Assembly: GCA_000388065.2 (NCBI GenBank)
Contig: KB932304.1
Source: Fonticula alba ATCC 38817
Taxonomy: Eukaryota > Protista > Nucleariida
Direction: 5' to 3' (one strand)
Length of the DNA stretch: 29,656 bases
Positions 9,703-20,047 of this stretch are shown piece after piece (the first letter of the stretch is position 1; each line of letters starts with the position of its first letter). The position numbers and the translations under genes were made by a program. The notes beneath the pieces were generated by a model that searched no databases, was not told where the DNA came from, and saw nothing but the letters and a program-made list of their open reading frames with translations.

Positions 9703-10553
9703 CTCTGCTAGCTATTGAAAATGCTAGTGGATTTTAAATTGATTTTATGGTCTTTTTATAGTTTACTTTCAGGGAAATTTTATGGCTATGTTTACCTTTA
9801 TTGTAAAGTTATCATAGTTCTTCATTCTTCTTGTTAATTGAGAAGGTTTTTTTAACAGTAATTTTAAGCACTTTTAACATTCTGTTAAATATTTTCCTGG
9901 GTTAGTAGCTATTTATTTGAGATTATAATTCTTCTACTTTCATGCTTAGGATTGGTAAGTTTCTGGCTTTATCTAGTATGTGCTATAACTAATAAATTAG
10001 AGATAATTTATTATTATATAGGTTCTATTCTCTATTAATTTTTATTTTATATCTGCAGGAGATTATAATCAGTCTCTTTCTATAACTAACTACATAGATA
10101 TTAATTTTCAAGTACTTTATACAGTATTTTTTATAGGCCCTCTAATAAGATACTAACATTAATATCCTGAGTTAATAAGTTTTATTTTAGATAAAACTTA
10201 GGTTAAATTTATATTGCAGATATTTATAGAAATTTAGAGGGCTAATACATCTTGAAACTAATTATTAGTGATACCCAAATCTGGTTCATACTAGAACGGC
10301 ATGATCAAGTGTTGGCCGAGAATAGACGATTATTCCGTAACTTTATGTAAAATTATCAGGGTTTTATAACCTAGTAGATAATTAAGTTATATACAATTAA
10401 TATTAATGTTAGTATCTTATTAGAGGGCCTAATTTATCTAAAATCTTAGGGTAAAATACTTGTATTTAGCCCTACTGTAAAATACTATGGAAATATTATA
10501 GCAAAATTAATATTAATTTGGCCAAAGGCTGTTAACTTAATTATTTTGTGTTT

Positions 10554-12784
<2,231 letters not shown>

Positions 12785-12817
12785 TTATGATTTGTTTATA
12801 GTATATTGGTTGTTTAT

Positions 12818-12890
12818 GGCGGACTATAGGATTCGAACCCATGACCAACAGAATCACAATCTGGTGCTCTACCAACTGAGCTAAGCCCGC
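12818..12890 (-). tRNA. trnH: tRNA-His(GUG)
   Basis: Cloverleaf; acceptor GCGGGCT/AGTCCGC; loop TTGTGAT; C73; the -1 base is T, not G. Confidence 0.95.
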
Positions 12891-12901
12891 ATAATTTTAG
12901 T

Positions 12902-12973
12902 TTGAGAAAATGGGATTCGAACCCATGCGTCATGAAATCAAAATCCATTGCCTTACCACTTGGCTATTCCTCA
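12902..12973 (-). tRNA. trnQ: tRNA-Gln(UUG)
   Basis: Cloverleaf; acceptor TGAGGAA/TTTCTCA; loop TTTTGAT. Confidence 0.95.
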
Positions 12974-13229
12974 ATGGAGTTTCCTCCTTATATTTTGTTA
13001 ATATTAGTTCTTAAATTTAGTTAATTTTTATTAGAATTAGATAAAACTTCTCTAACTAATGATACTTTTTCCATATTAACACAATATGAATATATCATGT
13101 TATAACTAATTGTAAAAAATACACAAAACATAAAAGAAAGATTAAAAAAAGTTAATAAATCTACTTGTGGCATAAAATATAATATATAATGGCTATATTA
13201 TCTGGAAGATTATTAATATATTATCTATT

Positions 13230-13312
13230 TGAGGGCGATGGGATTCGAACCCATGCTCACATTCGTGGATAGATTTACAGTCTATTGCTTTAAACCGCTC
13301 AGCCACACCCTC
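13230..13312 (-). tRNA. trnY: tRNA-Tyr(GUA)
   Basis: Cloverleaf with long variable arm; loop CTGTAAA. Confidence 0.95.
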
Positions 13313-13314
13313 AA

Positions 13315-13386
13315 TGAGTTTAACAGGACTCGAACCTGCGACCAACGGATTAAAAGTCCGCTGCTCTACCACTGAGCTATAAACTC
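13315..13386 (-). tRNA. trnK: tRNA-Lys(UUU)
   Basis: Cloverleaf; acceptor GAGTTTA/TAAACTC; loop CTTTTAA. Confidence 0.96.
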
Positions 13387-13506
13387 TTATTTATAAAGTT
13401 AAATAACCCCCATTCAGTCTAATTTATTTTACTATTCCTTTACGATCTAGTGTCGAACAGATTTAAGCTTCTAATATAATAGCATTTATTTAGGCTATAA
13501 CGTAGG

Positions 13507-13555
13507 AATTTCCTAATCCTGAAGAGATTGTCGTATCTTGCCCTGTTAGGAAATT
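13507..13555. promoter_or_regulatory. Inverted repeat in the divergent trnK/trnL spacer (candidate bidirectional promoter or origin)
   Basis: AATTTCCTAA (13507-13516) / TTAGGAAATT (13546-13555), with inner GAGAT/ATCTT pairing; lies between head-to-head genes. Confidence 0.4.
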
Positions 13556-13582
13556 ATTAGTTATGTTGTTATTCAAAAAATA

Positions 13583-13667
13583 GCCCGCTTGGTGGAACTG
13601 GCAGACACGACAGACTTAAAATCTGTTTTCAGTTTATGAAGTATTGGTTCGAGTCCAATAGTGGGTA
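13583..13667 (+). tRNA. trnL: tRNA-Leu(UAA)
   Basis: Cloverleaf with long variable arm; loop CTTAAAA. Confidence 0.95.
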
Positions 13668-13669
13668 TT

Positions 13670-13741
13670 GGGCTTATAGTTTAGTGGTAAAACGTTCCAC
13701 TCATGATGGATACTACGTGGGTTCGATTCCTACTAAGCCCA
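13670..13741 (+). tRNA. trnI: tRNA with CAU anticodon, probably tRNA-Ile(CAU, lysidine type)
   Basis: GGGCTTA/TAAGCCC acceptor and GTTT/AAAC D-stem resemble organellar trnI(CAU); loop CTCATGA. Identity is inferred. Confidence 0.8.
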
Positions 13742-14061
13742 ATGCTCCCGATCTTTTGATCGTAGCATACCACTATGATAGTTTATGGATGTATCTTTCG
13801 CACACACACATGCTCAGATATTACCTATCTCTTAATATTGCTTTTAGGCCACACAATATAATTTATATTTCATTTTTTTAAATGAGATTTGTTTTTTAAG
13901 TATTTATATTATAGTTTGTTTTAATTATAAAATTTTTTTTTATGAAAAATATTTTATTTGTGTATGTTCCAGCTAGTGAGACACTAGTGTGGGTTGTTAG
14001 TGATTAATTCAGTTGTGGATCAAAATTTAGATTTAGTTATTTTACTATTAGATTTATATTT

Positions 14062-14940
14062 ATGTATAATAGGTTAGATTTAATGGAGTTAAAAGCCTTA
14101 TATGAAAACATGATAGCCCCGATTTTATCTATTATTTTATTTATAGTTAAATTTTTGATGTATATAATTGGAATAATTTATATATCTAAAATACAACCAG
14201 TTTATATATCTGAAGTTTCATCGGACTATAATAATAAGTATTATTATTATGTTATTATTGTGATTTTTATTTTGGTTGTATATGGTTTGATAAAGATTTT
14301 GGGGTATTTTAAACCAGGTCTTTTTAGTATGAGGGGGTTTGTTTTTCCTTCTGCTTATTTGGGGGCTTATAATCTGATTATTTTTTTAGCTGGTAGGTTT
14401 TTCTCTAGGTTTTTTATTAGGTTGCTGTCTTCTTTGGTTTGGGGTCATGGTCTGACGGGTTATTATGCTTTTAGGGTAATTTTGGCTTTGTTTCCTTTTG
14501 TTTTTTTGGTTTGTTTTTTTAATTTTATTAATTTTGGGGGTTCGTTGGGTTATTTGTCAGTATTAGTGCCTGTGGGGTTTGTTATTTGGATTTTTAAATG
14601 TTTTTTATATTCATTTAAAAAGTTTGTTTTAACTAACTTGGAAATGATGTCTGACTTGTTGTTTGTTTATGTGTTGGGCTCATCTCCAGAGGAGGAAGTT
14701 GCTCTTATTGACATTGAGAAGTTGAATTTTAAATTGACTTCTCTTGCTTTTACCTTAGAGTTTAGAGAGGAGGACATTCCTCAGCTAAAACAAAAGTGGC
14801 TTTTGTTTGCTAGTGGAAAGTGTTCTATTTCTTTATATGACAATTATTTTAGGTTGGTTGGCTATGTTGCTATAGCCCTTAAAATCTTGGCTTGGGCGAA
14901 TATTTGTATTATTATGATGGATATGGGGGATGTTTCGTAG
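14062..14940 (+). CDS. Orphan multi-TM membrane protein, family A copy A1 (292 aa)
   Basis: Several hydrophobic spans; shares YIIxxIY and PxxFxxWxxK/RxxxxSFxxFV with orf275, orf208 and orf137, and KLTxxA with orf275. Confidence 0.8.
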   Translation: MYNRLDLMELKALYENMIAPILSIILFIVKFLMYIIGIIYISKIQPVYISEVSSDYNNKYYYYVIIVIFILVVYGLIKILGYFKPGLFSMRGFVFPSAYLGAYNLIIFLAGRFFSRFFIRLLSSLVWGHGLTGYYAFRVILALFPFVFLVCFFNFINFGGSLGYLSVLVPVGFVIWIFKCFLYSFKKFVLTNLEMMSDLLFVYVLGSSPEEEVALIDIEKLNFKLTSLAFTLEFREEDIPQLKQKWLLFASGKCSISLYDNYFRLVGYVAIALKILAWANICIIMMDMGDVS

Positions 14941-15346
14941 GTTTAGTTCTAATATTTTTAATGTAAGTTCCCCAAGAATGTATTATCATGCTGTAAAATT
15001 AGATTGGGATAAGATACCCAAGTATAAAAGTCAGCTTTCTGATCTGGGGGTATGCCCAAAGCATCTTTTAATAGTGGACGAGAATAGGACAGATGAGAAT
15101 GGTACTGTGCCTCTTATTAGTCAGGCAACTAGTAAGCCAGGTTATAGTTACGAGTCATTCTTATTAGACGAGAATAAAAATATTATTGGGGAAAACAAGC
15201 CCCAGCACCTGTTAAGATTTCAACAAAATAAAATTAGGCTTGATACGCAAGATTATAAATATATTAATAACAGTGAAGAATATTTAAATAGCCATAAAGA
15301 AAGTATAGATAACAATTTAAATATCGTTACAGATAATTCTGAGTAA
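14930..15346 (+). CDS. Orphan soluble protein, family B copy B1 (138 aa)
   Basis: Overlaps the A1 stop by 11 nt; HLLIVDE...ISQATS...SFLL...NIIGENKPQHLL aligns with orf202. Confidence 0.75.
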   Translation: MFRRFSSNIFNVSSPRMYYHAVKLDWDKIPKYKSQLSDLGVCPKHLLIVDENRTDENGTVPLISQATSKPGYSYESFLLDENKNIIGENKPQHLLRFQQNKIRLDTQDYKYINNSEEYLNSHKESIDNNLNIVTDNSE

Positions 15347-15359
15347 ATAACTATAAGGG

Positions 15360-15413
15360 ATAATCCCCAAGGGGATTATTCACAAACATAAAAACAAATA
15401 TTATATTTGTTTT
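15360..15413 (+). terminator. Two stem-loops between B1 and the chimeric tRNA
   Basis: ATAATCCC-caag-GGGATTAT (15360-15379) and AAAACAAATA-tta-TATTTGTTTT (15391-15413). Confidence 0.5.
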
Positions 15414-15414
15414 A

Positions 15415-15488
15415 GAGAATGTAGCTCAACTGGATAGAGCGATAGCCCTCTTAGCTATAGGTCATGGGTTCGAGTCCCATCATTCTCG
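15415..15488 (+). tRNA. Chimeric tRNA-like gene: Arg(UCU) D/anticodon arms on an Asp acceptor/T-arm, with aberrant anticodon loop
   Basis: GAGAATG-TA-GCTC(AACTGGATA)GAGC-G-ATAGC(CCTCTTA)GCTAT-AGGTC-ATGGG(TTCGAGT)CCCAT-CATTCTC-G; compare trnR 26369-26442 and trnD 26128-26201; has C33 and U37. Confidence 0.8.
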
Positions 15489-16203
15489 TTTTTATATATT
15501 TTATAGTTCTTTTATGTATATTATAAATTGCGTTGTATTTTTAATTGTTATATTAACAGTTAGTACATTTATGTTTTAAAACTAATTATTTAGTAGATGT
15601 TTAGGTGGTCTTTTATGATCTTTAATGCTATTTAATTCGTGTTTTGTTTTTTATTTTATGTTATTTCTTATATTTTAATTTTAGCTATTTTTAGGTGTGT
15701 ATTTTGATTATATAATTATTTGGGTTTTTTTTATATAAGGGGGTGTGTACAAGAGTATAAATCTATTAGCTGTATGTTTACTATAGAAGATATCATACAT
15801 TTATAAAAACTAATGGTATTTAATTAAATGATAGTTTTTATGGTTGTTTTGTCTGTTGATGTACTTTTCTTAAGTTTGTTTTTATGGTTTATGTTGTTAT
15901 ATTACTATCTGTTCTTTTGTTGAATCTGAATTTGTAGGGGGTTTATTATCTTGTTGGGTTTAATTGTCATAGTTCGTTGATTTAGTTTGTTATTTGCTGA
16001 GTTTGTTATCTGATAGCTTTTGTTTTGTTCAAGTATATTTTTCTATCTATGTCTTTGTACGTAGAGGTTACTTAGTTGGTTTTGCTCTATGGTTATGTTA
16101 TTAGTTGGTTGTTATTCTTTTAGTGACTGTAACAATTGTTATAGTATAAATAAAAATTTTATATAAGTTTTATTTAAAAAGTTAAGGGGTATACTATACT
16201 ATA

Positions 16204-16263
16204 TTATTTTATTTGTAGATTTTCTTTTAAATTAAAGAATTCTATAACAAGTTTCTTTCTCAT
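16204..16263 (-). pseudogene. Remnant 5' end of a family B gene (psi-B4)
   Basis: ATG 8 nt after the reconstructed A2 stop; MRKKLVIEFFNLK aligns with the orf202 start MKGDLIKHVFNLR; stop after 19 codons. Confidence 0.55.
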
Positions 16264-16271
16264 TTTGTTTT

Positions 16272-17016
16272 TTAAAGAATTATAATTAAGGAAATAAAGC
16301 TGAATGCTAATATTCTTGTATATATAATTATATCCTGATATTTTAATAAAGTGTCTCTAGGTTTAATACTGTAAAGAGCTAGTGCTTGTTCAACTAATTG
16401 GGGGGGTATGAGTTGAATTTAGGCCGCTTTCAATCGCCGATTTAGTTAGCCCTACAATTATTTCCTTAGTAATTTGATCCTTTGCTACACGCTCGAGCTC
16501 TTGTTCATCATACACTAGTAATTCTTTTAAAGCTTTTATTTTGCTTTCTATAAAATTTTCAAAAGATATTCTTACCATCCTAATAATCCAAATAGACAAA
16601 TTAAAAGGTACTATTAATATTACATATTGTGAAGATATTAAACCTAAAAAGAATAATATTAATGCTATTAGGTTTATAATAGGTTGGGTTATATCTGTAA
16701 TAATTTTCAGTATACTTAATAGGCTAGAGCTGCTTCGGCTTAATCTTACATGCATTATAAATTTATTGTAATATTCCAGCCTATAGTAATTTCCTATTAG
16801 ATGAAATAATACTTCAATAGCATTCCTTGATGTAATTGGTAATCCTTCAGTACCGAGTTTAAACTTTACTCGTAAATATTTTACGTATATAAAATATCCT
16901 ATTAAAATAATAAGTACAAAGATGTATTTCCATTTAGAATAAACAGGTAAGTCTCCTACCATTTTAGCAGTATGAAATGGTAGATATATTAATTGTATAA
17001 TATAAATAAATATCAC
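16272..17016 (-). pseudogene. Family A copy A2 (orf208 plus frameshifted C-terminus, ~247 aa if repaired)
   Basis: Gap-free paralog of orf275; GTG start only. An extra C in the C7 run (G7 at 16400-16406) shifts the frame; the continuation QLVEQALALYSIK...IYTRILAF matches orf275 DLVEKLLMLYKFK...FYARVFMW. Confidence 0.85.
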
Positions 17017-18416
17017 AACTACACAACATATTTAAATATAATATAATACCCCCCATTATTAACCCCTTATATATAATATTCAAGAACTCCCCTATAACAT
17101 AGGTATAAAGTAGGTACATTACTAATACATAATAAATACTAGATTTATACTAACCAAGATATTTTTACTTAAGCAGGACAGATGCATAAAACATGCACAT
17201 AATATTTAATATACGCACAAACCAACAAAACAGCCCTATAACAAACCCCACCTCAATTAATTTAAACTAAGCTACAATAATATAAAAGGAAGAATCAACT
17301 AGAACCCATAATATATACTTACTTTATAACTTACACTAGTATATTTATAAGAGACACCTAAAACACTATAAGTTATAAGTTTTATACTAAAATATAATAT
17401 ATTAACAGCATAGAAATATACTCGTATATATTATGGGCAGATTACCTGCAGAACAAATATCTAAATAAAAATAGACAGGCATAAATTAAGCTATAGATTA
17501 CAGTGAAGATGCCTATCACATAATATATACTACCAGAAATGTTTACACCTATTAATTTATAACACATAAACCCCCCCCACTAAACCAGTGTTATAGGCAC
17601 CTATCCTAATACCATATTCATAAAATACTAAAATTAGTATATTTCACCAGAGGATTCTAACTCACACAAATCATTTCTTTTACCGATAAAAGCCAGATTT
17701 AATATTCATATTTTCAAGAAAGGTTTAAGGTATTTACAGTAATGCTATATTATATACACTCAAATTAAATCACTTGAGTTTATATAAACCTAAATATATT
17801 TAACTATACTGGAAAATACATACACTATAATCTGAATTTCATAAGCCAGTAGTTCTAACAGTAACAGAGCTTAGTTAAGATTATAAAGTACTTTAGATTA
17901 CCCTCAGCCAACAAACCTTTATAGAGATGTAACCATACAGCTACTAACTTCTAACCTTTAGAAGTTATTGCCATACTCACCCTGGTAGAACACCAGCTTG
18001 TCACCAATACTAGGAATTATATAAAATAACCACTTGTTCTTCGTTACAAGCCCAACCGTATTTTAATACATAATATAACCTAATAATAGGTATATTATAA
18101 ATAAACTCAATATACTACTAACAGAATAAAACAACAAGAAATATAGACACAAAGCCAAAAACAACACTAAAACTACCATAATAGCCAATAAACATTATTA
18201 TATTAGGCCCAATACAACACTAAACTTATAATACCCCCTATTAATTAAATAAACACTAAAGCATTACTAAACTACTACTGATTTAACACTAAAACTTATA
18301 AATTAAAACAACCAAAACAAGACAATATAAAACATTCTAATATTTATTTTTTTAATCATAAACAAAGCCGACCCAAGAGGAGCCTAACCCATAAGCATAT
18401 ATCCCATTATAAAGCG

Positions 18417-18474
18417 ATCAGAGAATAGGATTCGAACCCATTCGTAGGTATTTACCTACTCTTCCAGACCCTGT
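18417..18474 (-). ncRNA. tRNA-like element C (58 nt)
   Basis: ACAGGGT-CTGGAAGA-GTAGGT(AAAT)ACCTAC-GA-ATGGG(TTCGAAT)CCTAT-TCTCTGA; compensatory changes relative to elements A and B. Confidence 0.7.
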
Positions 18475-18488
18475 AAAAACTTTATAAA

Positions 18489-18520
18489 TAAAGAAACCCC
18501 ATTTTCAATAGGGTTTTTTA
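18489..18520 (-). terminator. Stem-loop between orf202 and element C
   Basis: AAACCC (18494-18499) / GGGTTT (18511-18516), extended by A/T flanks. Confidence 0.4.
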
Positions 18521-18607
18521 GTGATTCTACAAAATTAGAAGTACTGGCTTATCCATTAATAACTATATTAACAATTTTGAGTAATTCTTGTTAGATCATA
18601 ATAAATT

Positions 18608-19216
18608 TTAATCAATAAAAATATTGTCCTCATCCTCTTTATTATAAGATGGGGGATATTGTGCAGAAGCTGATTCTTTATTAATAATTTTATCCAAAAA
18701 AACTTTTAATTCAATCAATGAGGCTACAGAGCCATGATCGGAAGTAATAAGTTCGCCTCTTTTATACGATATAAACAAACTTATTAGTAAAAGGATGTCC
18801 TTATCCTCTAATATTATTGAGGATGCATGCTCCTTGAAGTAATTAATAATTTTTTCCTCATTAATTTCTAAAAATTTATTATTATTTTTAGAGGATAAGA
18901 ACGTTAATTCTTTATTATCTATTTTTACTAGCTCTTTGGAGAGTACTATGTGCTGAGCCTTATTATCGTTATTAATGTTCCTCATCGATAATAATAAGCT
19001 TGATTTTCCAAGAGGTTGAGTGCTAGTGTAATTTGCTATTATTAAGGATTTTTCTTCTTCTTTTGTTTCTAACACTGCTAAAATGTGCGAGGATCTTAGG
19101 CCTAAGCTGGCACTGACCTGATCTCGGAGGCTTGTACTAGTAGTACTAAGTACTGCATTCTTTAAATGAAAACCACCTCTTAAATTAAAAACGTGCTTTA
19201 TTAGGTCCCCCTTCAT
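18608..19216 (-). CDS. Orphan soluble protein, family B copy B2 (202 aa)
   Basis: Starts 3 nt after the orf275 stop; HILAVLE...IANYTS...SLLL...NINNDNKAQHIV aligns with orf138. Confidence 0.8.
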   Translation of the reverse strand: MKGDLIKHVFNLRGGFHLKNAVLSTTSTSLRDQVSASLGLRSSHILAVLETKEEEKSLIIANYTSTQPLGKSSLLLSMRNINNDNKAQHIVLSKELVKIDNKELTFLSSKNNNKFLEINEEKIINYFKEHASSIILEDKDILLLISLFISYKRGELITSDHGSVASLIELKVFLDKIINKESASAQYPPSYNKEDEDNIFID

Positions 19217-19219
19217 TTT

Positions 19220-20047
19220 TTATGTAAACAGGACAAAACATAAGAATATCCACATAAAAACTCTAGCATAAAATAATTGCTCGAAAAACGAGTTTGAATA
19301 TTGTGAACCTTTAAATTTATAGAGCATAAGTAGTTTTTCTACAAGGTCGGACACTTGGTTCATAGTAACGCCACCCTCATGAGCTTCTTTCGTTAACTTG
19401 ACTACTATTAATTTACTGCTCTCATTGATGGCTATTCGTTTGATTTCAGCCTCATCATAAAGCATCAAACTCTTTAAAATTCCGATATAAGTTTCTACAA
19501 AAGTATCAAATGAAATATACCAGATTCTGATAACCCAAAGGCAAAAGTTTATGGGGATAATAATTAGCATGTAGCTCGTGCTAATTTGCCCTATCACAAA
19601 TAAGAATATTAATAGAAGATTTACCATTGGATGTATAGCCCCTATATAAAATATAAATAAGTTCATGACATAGGTACCTTTACGCCATTTTTCAATATAA
19701 TTTAAGAATCTATTATAATATTCGTCCCTATGCTTATTTCCTACCAAATGAAAAAATACTATTAAAGCCATCTTAGCAGATATTACAGGCCCCTCTTCTG
19801 GAGAATAAACGTATTTACGAAAATATTTAATATATGTTAAATATCCTATTAAAATAAGTAGTACAAGAATATATTTCCATTTAGAATATGATGCTAAGTC
19901 CTCTACCATTTTAGCAGTATGAAAAGGTAGATATATTAATTGTATAATATAAATAGTTAATGGGATTGTAATTGGAGTCAATGACACTGTATAGTAGAGA
20001 GGATCCTTTTTAAACTCTGTAAATATTGCCATACACTTAATTTTCAT
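19220..20047 (-). CDS. Orphan multi-TM membrane protein, family A copy A3 (275 aa)
   Basis: Intact ATG ORF with several hydrophobic spans; paralog of orf208, orf292 and orf137. Confidence 0.85.
   Translation of the reverse strand: MKIKCMAIFTEFKKDPLYYTVSLTPITIPLTIYIIQLIYLPFHTAKMVEDLASYSKWKYILVLLILIGYLTYIKYFRKYVYSPEEGPVISAKMALIVFFHLVGNKHRDEYYNRFLNYIEKWRKGTYVMNLFIFYIGAIHPMVNLLLIFLFVIGQISTSYMLIIIPINFCLWVIRIWYISFDTFVETYIGILKSLMLYDEAEIKRIAINESSKLIVVKLTKEAHEGGVTMNQVSDLVEKLLMLYKFKGSQYSNSFFEQLFYARVFMWIFLCFVLFT

Noticed and set aside
13743-13850. Possible 5S rRNA after trnI(CAU) (hairpin CGATC-TTTT-GATCG)
   Set aside because: Could not fold into the 5S three-way junction or find loop C/E motifs by eye; needs an rrn5 covariance search.
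18417-18474. Elements A/B/C as D-armless functional tRNA-Ser
   Set aside because: The central hairpin has 3-4 nt loops that vary and invert, so it cannot present an anticodon. No matching 5' halves were seen in the window.
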